Both the position numbers and the translations under genes were made by a program. A DNA stretch of 64,000 nt from Elusimicrobiota bacterium. GTDB taxonomy: Bacteria; Elusimicrobiota; Elusimicrobia; F11. Below the pieces are notes generated by a model. That model searched no databases, was not told the DNA's origin, and saw only the letters and a program-made list of their open reading frames with translations. Position 1 is the stretch's first letter. Each line of letters opens with the position of its first letter. Shown one piece after another: positions 18,657 to 28,215 of this stretch. Location of the stretch: positions 576,001-640,000 of the forward strand of contig JBGAON010000001.1 of the NCBI GenBank assembly GCA_044221725.1, in the 5' to 3' direction.

Positions 18657-18675
18657 ATTTTATTATGAAGACTGA
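18283..18675 (+). CDS. DUF559 (YcjD-like, Vsr/PD-(D/E)XK fold) endonuclease
   Basis: AK.LRK.QTDAE..LW, F.RQ..FGPYIADF, IELDG..H, GFKVLRFWN. Confidence 0.9.
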   Translation: MRQFAKNLRKDQTDAENRLWFFLRNKRLGGHKFYRQFVFGPYIADFCCRRKGLIIELDGGHHAEAKLKDAIRTEYLRRRGFKVLRFWNNEVMKNVELVLEVILKNLGAGDSFPHPNPLPKGRGDTFYYED

Positions 18676-19945
18676 CACGACTCCTCAAGACTCACTCGTT
18701 CGCGACGTCACCGCGCTTGGAACGCAAGCGCGGGTGGCGGCGCGCGTGCTGGCAATGCTTGAGGTCGATGTGAAAAATAAGGCGCTGGGCGCGATGGCGC
18801 AGGCCATTGTTGATGCAAAGAAGTCCATTGTCCAAGCAAACATGAAAGACGTGGAAGCCGCCACAAAAGCGGGGCAGAGCAAAGCGCTGATTGATCGATT
18901 GACGTTGAACGACGAACGTGTCGAAGGAATGGCCCAAGGGTTGCGCGAGATGGAGCAGCTGAACGATCCGACCGGCGAAGTCCTTCGCGAGTGGACGCGC
19001 CCCAACGGTATGCGGATTCGGCAGATTCGCGTTCCGCTTGGTGTGATCGGAATGATTTACGAAGCGCGCCCGAACGTAACAGCCGAAGCGGCCGGTTTGT
19101 GTTTGAAATCGGGCAACGCTGTTATCCTGCGCGGCGGCTCGGAGGCATACCACTCCAACAAGATTCTTATTGATCTGATTTCCGATGCTGCGTCAAAAGC
19201 CGGTGTGCCCGCGCACGCGATTCAGATGTTGCCGCCACAAGATCGGCGCAGCACAAGGATATTGTCGCAGTTGAACGGGCTCGTTGACTTGATTATCGCC
19301 CGCGGCAGCGAAGAGATGATCAAAGACGTGTCGGCCAACGCGACGGTGCCGGTTCTCGGTCACGGGAAGGGCGTGTGTCACGTTTACGTCGACAAGGCAG
19401 CCGATATGGACAAGGCCGTGAGCATCGCTTTCAACGCAAAGGTGCAACGCCCGGGCGTTTGCAACGCGATGGAATCATTGCTCGTGCACGAGCATATGAT
19501 GTGGGACATCCTGCCCAAAATTTCTGGCAAGTACATTAAGGCGGGCGTGGAGATGCGCGGCGACGATCGCGTGGTGGGCCTTATTCCGCAGGCGAAGCCG
19601 GCGGGGGAGCGCGATTGGGGCACCGAGTATCACGACAAAATTGTTTCGATTAAGATTGTTGATAGCTTGGACGACGCAATTGAGCACATCAACAAATACG
19701 GATCGGGCCACACGGACAGCATCATCACCGAAGACAAAAAGGCGGCCGCAAAATTTGAAAAGGCCGTCGATTCGTCCTGCGTAATGGTGAACGCGTCCAC
19801 GCGTCTGCACGATGGTGGCGTGTTCGGGTTCGGATCCGAGATCGGAATTTCGACACAGAAGTTGCACGCGCGCGGCACGATGGGCCTGCGCGAACTCACC
19901 ACCACGAAGTACATCGTCGAAGGCACCGGACAAATTCGCGAATAA
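18665..19945 (+). CDS. proA: Gamma-glutamyl phosphate reductase
   Basis: VPLGVIGMIYEARPNVT, VCNAME, GSEIGISTQKLHARG; ATG 18665 preferred over the ORF-track start. Confidence 0.95.
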   Translation: MKTDTTPQDSLVRDVTALGTQARVAARVLAMLEVDVKNKALGAMAQAIVDAKKSIVQANMKDVEAATKAGQSKALIDRLTLNDERVEGMAQGLREMEQLNDPTGEVLREWTRPNGMRIRQIRVPLGVIGMIYEARPNVTAEAAGLCLKSGNAVILRGGSEAYHSNKILIDLISDAASKAGVPAHAIQMLPPQDRRSTRILSQLNGLVDLIIARGSEEMIKDVSANATVPVLGHGKGVCHVYVDKAADMDKAVSIAFNAKVQRPGVCNAMESLLVHEHMMWDILPKISGKYIKAGVEMRGDDRVVGLIPQAKPAGERDWGTEYHDKIVSIKIVDSLDDAIEHINKYGSGHTDSIITEDKKAAAKFEKAVDSSCVMVNASTRLHDGGVFGFGSEIGISTQKLHARGTMGLRELTTTKYIVEGTGQIRE

Positions 19946-20518
19946 ATGAGAATCGGATTCCTCGGCGGGACGTTCGATCCGGTTCACTACGGTCATTTGC
20001 AGTTAGCGAAAGCGGCGCTCGACCAATTAAACCTCGACCACGTTTATTTTGTGCTGTCGCCGTTATCCCCGTTTAAGAAAGCTAAGAAGATTACCGCTGT
20101 GTCGGAACGCCTCGACATGTTGCGACTCGCGATTGATCGACACGATGAATTTAAAATTGGCGAATGGGAATTGAAGCGACGCGGTCCCTCGTACACCGTG
20201 ACGACGCTCGCCGATTACAAGAAAGATCATCCGAAGCATCAGCTTTTTCTTATCGTCGGATCGGACAATCTGTCGCGATTCAACGAGTGGAAAGATCACG
20301 ACAAAATTTTAAAATTGTCCACGTTGGTGGTGGGCCGACGGCCCGGAATGCCACTCGAAATCAGCAACGTGGATGGCCAAATGATGTTTTTAAAAGGTGT
20401 TTTTCCTCTCATCTCTTCGACTGAAATTCGAACCATGTTTTCAAAAGGTCAGGAACCCTCGGGATTGCCGCTCTCGGTCAAGCGTTACGTGCGAAAGAAC
20501 CATTTGTATGGATCCTAA
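19946..20518 (+). CDS. nadD: Nicotinate-nucleotide adenylyltransferase
   Basis: GGTFDPVHYGH, SYTVTT, GSDN, ISSTEIR. Confidence 0.95.
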   Translation: MRIGFLGGTFDPVHYGHLQLAKAALDQLNLDHVYFVLSPLSPFKKAKKITAVSERLDMLRLAIDRHDEFKIGEWELKRRGPSYTVTTLADYKKDHPKHQLFLIVGSDNLSRFNEWKDHDKILKLSTLVVGRRPGMPLEISNVDGQMMFLKGVFPLISSTEIRTMFSKGQEPSGLPLSVKRYVRKNHLYGS

Positions 20519-21098
20519 GAAGCTTTACAAAGTGCTTCGTGAGAAATTGAAAGAAGAACAATCGCGCAACCGGTTTGAACATTCGGTGAGTGTCGGGGAC
20601 TTGGCGGCCAAGCTTGGGGCGAAGTACGGCTGGAATCCGGATCGCGCGCGGCTGACCGGTCTTCTTCACGATTGCGTAAAAGAATGGAAACCGAAGAAAC
20701 TCAAACGTTACGCGCGCAAGAATAAATTGCGTATCCCGGCGAAGAATGTCTTGCTTCAAATATCTCCGAACATGTTGCACGCGTATGTGGGCGCGGACTT
20801 CGTGAAGAAGCAGGGTTGGATTCGAAACAGCCGCGACCTGCGGGCGATTTCGTCTCACACGTTGGGTCGACCAGGAATGACCATTGAAGAAAAAATACTG
20901 TTTGTCTCGGATTTTTCCGAGCCGAAGCGCCGCTACAAAACTGCCGATGATATTCGGAAAATCGCAATGAAAGACCTCGATAAAGCATTTCGCGAAACGC
21001 TGGCCGCGAAGATTGCGCGGCAGCTGAAAAACGCTAAGCCAATTCACCCGTTGCCGGTCGTTACATGGAACAAAATGATTTGTCGCGTGCACGCGTGA
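20508..21098 (+). CDS. yqeK: HD-domain Ap4A hydrolase YqeK
   Basis: RFEHS..V, LLHD, LHA..GA, HTLG, SD..EP.R; directly follows nadD. Confidence 0.85.
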   Translation: MDPKKLYKVLREKLKEEQSRNRFEHSVSVGDLAAKLGAKYGWNPDRARLTGLLHDCVKEWKPKKLKRYARKNKLRIPAKNVLLQISPNMLHAYVGADFVKKQGWIRNSRDLRAISSHTLGRPGMTIEEKILFVSDFSEPKRRYKTADDIRKIAMKDLDKAFRETLAAKIARQLKNAKPIHPLPVVTWNKMICRVHA

Positions 21099-22288
21099 AA
21101 ACGCAACGCGCGGTTGCGCTTTTCTTTCTTGTTCTAATTTTGGTCTCGATGGTCGGCGCCCAGCGTTCGCCCGTTGCGCTGGCCATCGACCGCGGCGAGC
21201 GCATCCCCATGATTTTGTTCGGTGTCGACGCCGCCGATGCGTCGCGGCACACCGATACGCTGATGATCGGTGTTTTTGATCCGGTGCGGAATTATTTGAG
21301 CGTGCTCTCGATTCCGCGTGACACGCGGATCGATCTCCCCGGTTATCGCTTTAATCGCGTGAACGAGATTTACGGGTACACGCTGCGGAAGACCAGCGAC
21401 ATGGTCGAAGCGTCACAGAAAGTTATTGACGGCGTTACCTACTTGTTGTCGAGCGACACGTTTCAGCCCACGATCAAATATTTTGTGCAGATCGATTTCG
21501 CGGGGTTTCGTCGCATGATTGACTTGTTGGGCGGTGTGTGGATTGTGGTGAAACAGCCGATGCATTACGACGATAATGCGGGCAACACCCACATCCATTT
21601 TGAACCCGGGCGCTATTTGCTGAAAGGCGACGATGCGCTGCGCTACGTGCGGTTCCGAGGTCCAACGGGCGATCGAGGTCGGATTTTTCGCCAACAAGAA
21701 TTTGTTCGGAGTCTGCTGCGCTCGGCCGCCAACCCGCTCACGGTTTTGCGCTTCCCGGAGTTTGTCGCGGCGCTCGATACGGCAATCAATTCAAATATGT
21801 CCGTCTGGGACATGGTTTACTTTGTCGCCGGAGCACGCCGACTCCGTTCCGCCGATATTGGCTTTTACATTCTTCCCGGGCAGATGTCGGGCGTTTATTG
21901 GTCTCCGAAAAGAGAAATGGTTCAACAAATGGCCGCCGTTTTGTTTTTGGGAAAGACGCCGGTGCTGGAAGGCGCGGCGCCAATTGCTCCGCAAGCCAAT
22001 AAAATTACGATCAAAGTGTGGAACGCTTCCGGCAAGACGGGATTTGGGTACGACGTCACAAAATTTCTCCGCAAAAGCGGATACGATGTTCTCGATTGGG
22101 GAAACTATTCCGCCGAGCAGTTGCAAACGCGCGTGATAGATCGGAGGGGGAGCATGGAAAACGCGCGCGCGGTGGCCGGAAGTTTGGGCGTTGAGAATTT
22201 TCATTCGGAACCGAACCCCAAAGCGTTGGTTGATGTGGAAGTGGTAATCGGGCAGAATTACACCGGCGTTTCAGAGGAGAAAAAATAA
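21095..22288 (+). CDS. LCP (LytR-CpsA-Psr) family protein with LytR_C domain
   Basis: TDTLM, SIPRDT, YVRFR...D.GRI.RQ and V.NASG..G motifs; GTG overlaps the yqeK stop (alternative start 21065). Confidence 0.88.
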   Translation: MKTQRAVALFFLVLILVSMVGAQRSPVALAIDRGERIPMILFGVDAADASRHTDTLMIGVFDPVRNYLSVLSIPRDTRIDLPGYRFNRVNEIYGYTLRKTSDMVEASQKVIDGVTYLLSSDTFQPTIKYFVQIDFAGFRRMIDLLGGVWIVVKQPMHYDDNAGNTHIHFEPGRYLLKGDDALRYVRFRGPTGDRGRIFRQQEFVRSLLRSAANPLTVLRFPEFVAALDTAINSNMSVWDMVYFVAGARRLRSADIGFYILPGQMSGVYWSPKREMVQQMAAVLFLGKTPVLEGAAPIAPQANKITIKVWNASGKTGFGYDVTKFLRKSGYDVLDWGNYSAEQLQTRVIDRRGSMENARAVAGSLGVENFHSEPNPKALVDVEVVIGQNYTGVSEEKK

Positions 22289-22312
22289 TCACGATTCAAA
22301 AAGGGAGCGTGA

Positions 22313-23386
22313 ATGGGAATTGATTTCGTAGGAATCCTCAAGTCCGCAGTTCAAAAAGGAGCGTCGGACATCCACATTGTGGTCGGCAAGCCCCCCATGC
22401 TCCGCATCCTCGGCGAGATTCAACCGCTCGAAGGTGCTCCGGTTTTGAAACCAGAAGATACCCAGCCGCTTATTTACTCCATTTTGTTCGATCAGCAGCG
22501 CAAACGATTTGAAGAGAAGCAAGAGCTTGATAGTTCGTTCACGCTGCCCGGGGTATCACGGTTTCGCGTGAATGTATTGATGGGGCGAAACGGAATTGAA
22601 GCCGTGTTGCGCGTGATCAACTCGACCATTCCAAAGGCCGCGGATCTGGGCTTTTCGCAAGTAATGGAAGATTTGGCGAAATTGCCTCGCGGTTTGGTGC
22701 TGGTAACGGGTCCTACCGGTTCGGGCAAGACAACGACGCTGGCGGCTTTGATTGACCTTGTAAATTCTTCTCGTAAAGATCACATTCTCACAATCGAAGA
22801 TCCGATCGAATTCGTTTACGAATCGAAGCAATGCATTGTGCGTCAGCGTGAAGTGGGAACGACAACGCAGTCGTTTGGCAATGCTTTAAAGGCCGCGCTT
22901 CGTGAAGATCCCGATGTGATTCTTGTTGGGGAACTTCGGGATTTGGAAACGATTTCGCTCGCAATTACCGCATCGGAAACCGGGCATCTTGTGTTTGCGA
23001 CACTTCATACGACGGATGCCCCGCAAACCATTGACCGCGTCATCGACGTTTTCCCGCCGCACCAGCAGCAGCAAGTTCGCGTTCAACTGGCGACCGTATT
23101 GTCGGCTGTTATCTGCCAAACGTTGATCCCCACGGCCGATGGAAAAGGACGGGTCGCCGCGCGAGAGATCATGATTGTAACACCAGCAATCTCAAACCTT
23201 ATTCGGGAAGGGAAGACGCACATGATCTATAACGCGATCGAAACGGGCGCCAAGTTCGGCATGATGTCTCTCGACAAATCGCTCGAGGATTTGGTGAAGG
23301 CCAAGAAGATTCGAATCGATGATGCGCTCGTAAAGGCGAAAGATCCGGCGAAAGTTCGACAGGCTGCCACCGGCGGAGCCTATTGA
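22313..23386 (+). CDS. pilT: Type IV pilus retraction ATPase PilT
   Basis: ASDIH, GPTGSGKTTT, TIEDPIE, ALREDPDVILVGE, TGHLV..TLH, AISNLIRE. Confidence 0.93.
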   Translation: MGIDFVGILKSAVQKGASDIHIVVGKPPMLRILGEIQPLEGAPVLKPEDTQPLIYSILFDQQRKRFEEKQELDSSFTLPGVSRFRVNVLMGRNGIEAVLRVINSTIPKAADLGFSQVMEDLAKLPRGLVLVTGPTGSGKTTTLAALIDLVNSSRKDHILTIEDPIEFVYESKQCIVRQREVGTTTQSFGNALKAALREDPDVILVGELRDLETISLAITASETGHLVFATLHTTDAPQTIDRVIDVFPPHQQQQVRVQLATVLSAVICQTLIPTADGKGRVAAREIMIVTPAISNLIREGKTHMIYNAIETGAKFGMMSLDKSLEDLVKAKKIRIDDALVKAKDPAKVRQAATGGAY

Positions 23387-24273
23387 TGGTCGAAATCGAC
23401 CGTCTTAAGCGGTTCAAAATATTTGAAGGCGCGCCAGCGTCGTTGCTGGAAAAATTGAGCGCCACGCTCACCGAGAAAAAATTCACGAGCGGTGCCGTCA
23501 TTTGCAAAGAAGGCGATGCCGGCGGTGCGCTGTATGTCATTGAAAGTGGAAAAGTGGCTGTCGAGAAAAAAGCTTTCCATGGCGAGGCCGCATCAAAAAT
23601 CATTGCGCGACTCGAGTCCGGAGAATTTTTTGGTGAAATGGCCTTTCTGCAGGGGCTGCCGCACTCGGCGACGGTTACCGCGCAAGACAACACGACACTT
23701 TTTCTTCTAACGCGTTCGTCGTTGGATGATCTGGCGAAGAAAGATGCGGCGTCGGCGCTTGATCAGGTGCTCACGGTCGCGATGGGGCTCAGCAATCGGC
23801 TGCGGTCCACCACACGCGAACTCGTAACGGTTTTTGAAGTGGCGCGGTCCGTGGCGGAAGCAAAGACCATCGACGATTTGGCCGCGAACGTGGTTGGTCA
23901 GCTTCAGCTGGATTTGGGGGCCTCTACGTCGGTAGCTTTTTATCGATGGAACATGTTTAATGACGAATATTCCCTTCTCGTATTTCGAGGTCAGAAGGGC
24001 GACCCATTCCCGAATGTTTTGTCCTCCTCGTTGGACCCACTTCCATTTGAAAAAGGAAAATACATCTTGTCTCGAATCGATATGTTGAACGATCGCCAAG
24101 GTTTGCTCGTGTATCTGGCCGAGCAACCAAACTCATTTGATGCTGGTGAGCGTCAAATGATGGACACGGTTGCCGCCGTTCTCGCGCCGGCGTTGGCATC
24201 CGCGCGTCACCGCGAGGAAGAAGAGTCGCGCGAGCGTTTGATCCGCAGCAAACAATCGGGGTATACGCTTTGA
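23386..24273 (+). CDS. Cyclic-nucleotide-binding domain protein with degenerate GAF-like C-terminus
   Basis: EGDAG..LYVI.SG.V, GEFFGEMA...PHSATV; start overlaps the pilT stop. Confidence 0.75.
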   Translation: MVEIDRLKRFKIFEGAPASLLEKLSATLTEKKFTSGAVICKEGDAGGALYVIESGKVAVEKKAFHGEAASKIIARLESGEFFGEMAFLQGLPHSATVTAQDNTTLFLLTRSSLDDLAKKDAASALDQVLTVAMGLSNRLRSTTRELVTVFEVARSVAEAKTIDDLAANVVGQLQLDLGASTSVAFYRWNMFNDEYSLLVFRGQKGDPFPNVLSSSLDPLPFEKGKYILSRIDMLNDRQGLLVYLAEQPNSFDAGERQMMDTVAAVLAPALASARHREEEESRERLIRSKQSGYTL

Positions 24274-24698
24274 GCCCGGTGGACGCGTTTAAATACGCGC
24301 GCGTTGCCGCGCGCGCGGCCGACGAAAGGCTTGGCGAAGATATTTTGGTTTTTGATGTGCGCCGCGAATCGAGTCTGGCCGATTGTTATTTGCTCGTGAC
24401 CGGAACGTCGCATCTGCACATTCGCGCGCTCGAAGATGCCGTGCGCGAGGCGCTGCGAGAGGCCGGTGCCGAACTTCGCCGCACCGATGGTCAGCGCGGT
24501 CACTTGTGGCGTGCGCTCGATTACGGGCAGCTGATCATCCATTTGATGGACCAAAAAACGCGGGAATTTTACGCGATGGAAAAACTCTGGGAACGCGGCA
24601 AGAAAGTGGAGTGGAGCAAAAAAGAGCCGGCGGCCACGAAGAGGTCCGCTCCCAAACGAAAAATCTCCCCGAAAAAACGCGCTCGAAAGAAACGGTAA
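24270..24698 (+). CDS. rsfS: Ribosome silencing factor
   Basis: DI.V.DV, TGTS..H, W..LDYG..IIH....REFY.ME.LW. Confidence 0.9.
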   Translation: MSPVDAFKYARVAARAADERLGEDILVFDVRRESSLADCYLLVTGTSHLHIRALEDAVREALREAGAELRRTDGQRGHLWRALDYGQLIIHLMDQKTREFYAMEKLWERGKKVEWSKKEPAATKRSAPKRKISPKKRARKKR

Positions 24699-24708
24699 CT
24701 TTTTTTCG

Positions 24709-26376
24709 ATGATTCTTTCCGAACTTAAACAATTAATTTCCGAAGCCACGTCGCACGCGCTCGCGTCCAAAGGCAAATCCGTCCCGGTTCCTGGTTTTGA
24801 TATCTCGACGCCGCCGCCGCGCGTGCCGGGCGACGTCGCATCCAACTTGCCTTTGATGTTGGCCAAGCAGGTGGGGGAATCTCCGAAGAAGATCGCTGAA
24901 GACATCATTAAAATTTTTCCGAAGAATGCAGCGATCGAAAAGGTGGAAGTGGCGGGCGCCGGATTCCTTAATTTCTGGCTTACCGATGCCGGATTCCAAT
25001 CGGAGCTCGCAGACTTGCTGGGATCAAACGGATCCGCTGCGCGCCACGGCACAACCGAGGCTCCGCGCGTAAAGACGCTCATTGAATTTGTATCAGCGAA
25101 TCCGACCGGGCCGCTCCATGTCGGGCACGGTCGCGGTGCGGCGCTCGGCGATTCCCTCGTTCGAATTTTGCGTTATCTCGGTCACGATGTTTCTGCCGAG
25201 TTTTATATCAACGATGCCGGTGGTCAGATTCGCAATTTGGGTTTGTCTGTCGAGGCGCGCATCAAAGAGTTGAAAGGCGAGCCGTTCCAGTTTCCCGAAG
25301 ACGGGTACAAAGGCGAATACGTGGTGGACATCGCCAAAGAAGCGATGGCATTAAAGAAGGTGTTTGCTCCCATCACGCCGACGCAAATGATCTTCACGGA
25401 ATCGGATGCCGCCGGTTATGCCAGCGCGAAGAATCTTCTCGTTATCAAGAAGACGCTCGCCGATTTTGGCGTCAATTTCGATCAGTGGTACAGCGAAACA
25501 TCGCTGCACGCGAAAAATCGTGTGCAGAAACTCATCGATGAATTGCGAAAGAAGAATTTGGTTTACGATCAGGACGGCGCCGCGTGGTTCCGGGCGTCGG
25601 ATTTCGGCGATGAGAAAGACCGCGTGTTGCAAAAAGCCAACGAAGCTCCGACTTATTTTGCATCGGACTTGACGTATCACTTGGACAAATACTCTCGCGG
25701 TTTCGGCCGCATTATCAATATTTGGGGGGCCGATCATCACGGGTACGCCCAGCGTCTGAAAGGCGCGTTGCAGGCGATGGGTCTCGATGCGACGAAACTG
25801 GAAATTATTTTCAACCAAATGATTTCGATCAAAGGCGGCCGGATGTCGAAGCGTGCGGGGAACGTGGTCACGCTTCAGGAAGTGGTGGACGACGTCGGAC
25901 GCGACGCCACGCGCTTTTTCTTCGCGCTGCGCAGCCCCGGTGCGCATTTCGAATTTGATTTGGATCTCGCAAAGAAACAAGCGAACGATAACCCCGTCTT
26001 CTATGTGCAATACGTGCACGCGCGTTGCTGTTCGATTTTTCGTGAAGCGGAGAAGCGAGGGTTTGCTGCGAAGGTCGAACATTGGGAAGCACGGAAACTG
26101 AAAGAACCTTTGTCGTCCATCGAAAAAGAAACGTTAATCCATTTGGCCAGTTTTGATCGCACCGTTGAGAATTGCGCAAAGGACAACTCCAATCATCACT
26201 TGACCGGTTATTTGCAGGAGCTCGCCGGAAAATTTCACAGCTTCTATGAGAAATGCCACGTGTTGGTGGACGACGAGTCCACGCGTTTGTTTCGCTTGGG
26301 GCTTGTTGACGCGATTCGTCGCCGCGTCGCGAAAGGTTTGGATCTGCTCGGCGTTAGCGCGCCAGAACAGCTGTAG
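24709..26376 (+). CDS. argS: Arginine--tRNA ligase
   Basis: EFVSANPTGPLHVGH, GADHHGY, MSKRAG, YVQY.HAR. Confidence 0.97.
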   Translation: MILSELKQLISEATSHALASKGKSVPVPGFDISTPPPRVPGDVASNLPLMLAKQVGESPKKIAEDIIKIFPKNAAIEKVEVAGAGFLNFWLTDAGFQSELADLLGSNGSAARHGTTEAPRVKTLIEFVSANPTGPLHVGHGRGAALGDSLVRILRYLGHDVSAEFYINDAGGQIRNLGLSVEARIKELKGEPFQFPEDGYKGEYVVDIAKEAMALKKVFAPITPTQMIFTESDAAGYASAKNLLVIKKTLADFGVNFDQWYSETSLHAKNRVQKLIDELRKKNLVYDQDGAAWFRASDFGDEKDRVLQKANEAPTYFASDLTYHLDKYSRGFGRIINIWGADHHGYAQRLKGALQAMGLDATKLEIIFNQMISIKGGRMSKRAGNVVTLQEVVDDVGRDATRFFFALRSPGAHFEFDLDLAKKQANDNPVFYVQYVHARCCSIFREAEKRGFAAKVEHWEARKLKEPLSSIEKETLIHLASFDRTVENCAKDNSNHHLTGYLQELAGKFHSFYEKCHVLVDDESTRLFRLGLVDAIRRRVAKGLDLLGVSAPEQL

Positions 26377-26403
26377 TGCCGTCACGAATTGGAGAATAAA
26401 CTT

Positions 26404-27468
26404 ATGAACAATTGGAAAGAACTAACCAACAAAGCGCTAAAGAATGAACCTATTCTGCCGGAGGAAGCGTTGGGCATTTTGCAGTCGCCGGATTCGGAGA
26501 TTATGTCCGTCGTTGCTGCGGCCGGCGAGGTTCGGCAGAAATATTTTGGCAAGCGCATGAAGCTCAATTATCTTGTGAACGTGAAAAGCGGACTTTGTCC
26601 CGAAGATTGTCAGTATTGTTCGCAATCAAAAGTTTCTGACGCGCCGATCGCGAAATATCCGCTCATGTCGCACGACGACATTATTGCGCAAGCCGAACGC
26701 GGCATGGCTGTGGGGGCGAAGCGCGCGTGTCTCGTGGCCAGCGGTCGCGGCCCGAGCAATCGCGAATTATCCGAATTTTGTTCGTCGGTAGAGGTGCTGA
26801 AGAAAAAGCATCCAAATCTGGAAGTTTGCGCGTGCCTGGGGCTTTTATCCGAAGGACAAGCCGATAAGCTCAAAGAGAGCGGTGTGCACGCCTACAATCA
26901 CAACATCAACACCAGTGAATCCCACTACGAGCGCATTTGCGCCACGCACACGTTTAAGGATCGCGTGGAGACCGTCGAGAAAGCGCAGTGCGCCGGTCTT
27001 TCGTCGTGTTCGGGCGTGCTGGCCGGAATGGGGGAAACCGATCAAGATCTTGTCGATCTTGCGTTTACGCTGCGTGGAAAGAACGTGGACTCGATTCCTG
27101 TGAATTTTCTTGTTTCTGTCGATAAAACGCCGCTCGCGGGTGTGAACAATTTGACGCCGCTCCGCTGTTTAAAGATTCTCGCTATGTTTCGTTTCGTGAA
27201 TCCGACCCCCGAAATTCGTATCTCGGGTGGCCGGGAAGTTCATTTGCGCCATCTTCAGCCGCTCGGGTTCGCAATTGCGAACTCTATTTTCATTGGTGAT
27301 TACCTCACTACCCAAGGTCAATCTCCGACGGCTGATCTCGAAATGATTCGGGATCTCGGTTACACCGTTGAAGGTCAACCCGACGATTTCTTGGCCCATG
27401 TTCTCGGCCGCCCGCGTTCGGACGCCGATCTCAAACAAAAAGAGGCGGTTCCCTCCGTTTCAAAGTAG
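26404..27468 (+). CDS. bioB: Biotin synthase
   Basis: CPEDCQYC radical-SAM motif, YNHN, IPVNFL, GDYLTT; GGAG RBS upstream of ATG 26404. Confidence 0.95.
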   Translation: MNNWKELTNKALKNEPILPEEALGILQSPDSEIMSVVAAAGEVRQKYFGKRMKLNYLVNVKSGLCPEDCQYCSQSKVSDAPIAKYPLMSHDDIIAQAERGMAVGAKRACLVASGRGPSNRELSEFCSSVEVLKKKHPNLEVCACLGLLSEGQADKLKESGVHAYNHNINTSESHYERICATHTFKDRVETVEKAQCAGLSSCSGVLAGMGETDQDLVDLAFTLRGKNVDSIPVNFLVSVDKTPLAGVNNLTPLRCLKILAMFRFVNPTPEIRISGGREVHLRHLQPLGFAIANSIFIGDYLTTQGQSPTADLEMIRDLGYTVEGQPDDFLAHVLGRPRSDADLKQKEAVPSVSK

Positions 27469-27483
27469 AGAGGAGATGCTGCG

Positions 27484-28215
27484 TTGACGCCATCCAAAGT
27501 TGTTCTTGTTACCGGCGCCAGTCGCGGACTGGGTCGCGCGATCGCTGTTGCGTTTGGTGCGGCGGGCTATGCCGTTGCCGTTAATTATTCTTCAAACAAG
27601 GTTGAAGCCGAAAAAACCACGCAGCAAATCCGTGGTGCGAATGGAACTGCCGAAATTTTTCAAGCCGACGTTCGTTCCTCGAATCAAGTAAACGCGATGG
27701 TCGTCGCGGTTGAGAAGAAATGGGGCCGAATTGATGTTCTCGTTAACAATGCCGGCAACGTGCACAACCGCACCGTCGCCAAGATGTCGGACAATGAATG
27801 GCGCGATGTGATGGCCGTGAATTTGGACGGCCCCTTTTATTGCATGCGCGCGGCAATCCCAATCTTTCGCAAACACAAATCCGGAAGCATCGTAAATATC
27901 ACGTCTTACATTGCGGTACGCGGTGCGCGCGGCGGCGCAAATTATGCGGCGTCCAAGGCGGCGCTCATCAATCTCACGAAATCGGTCGCGACCGAAGAGG
28001 GCCGAAACAACATTCGGGCGAACGCGGTCATGCCGGGGTTCCATGTGACCGATTTGAACACCGATACCTGGGCGAAACTTGAACGAGAGATTCGCGAGCA
28101 ACATTTGCTCAGCGAAATGCCCAACCGTAACGAGATGGCGAAATTTGTCGTCACCGTGGCGGAACTTCGCACGGTGACCGGCCAAGTTTTTTCCTTCGAG
28201 TCCCGGCTCGTATGA
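27484..28215 (+). CDS. FabG-like 3-oxoacyl reductase (SDR)
   Basis: TGASRGLG, NNAG, YAASK, N.V.PGF. Confidence 0.85.
   Translation: MTPSKVVLVTGASRGLGRAIAVAFGAAGYAVAVNYSSNKVEAEKTTQQIRGANGTAEIFQADVRSSNQVNAMVVAVEKKWGRIDVLVNNAGNVHNRTVAKMSDNEWRDVMAVNLDGPFYCMRAAIPIFRKHKSGSIVNITSYIAVRGARGGANYAASKAALINLTKSVATEEGRNNIRANAVMPGFHVTDLNTDTWAKLEREIREQHLLSEMPNRNEMAKFVVTVAELRTVTGQVFSFESRLV

Noticed and set aside
18599..18664. N-terminal extension of ProA through the right repeat
   Set aside because: TTG start inside DUF559; ATG 18665 gives a normal ProA length.
18196..18678. 160-aa minus-strand ORF
   Set aside because: Antisense to DUF559 and includes translated repeat sequence.
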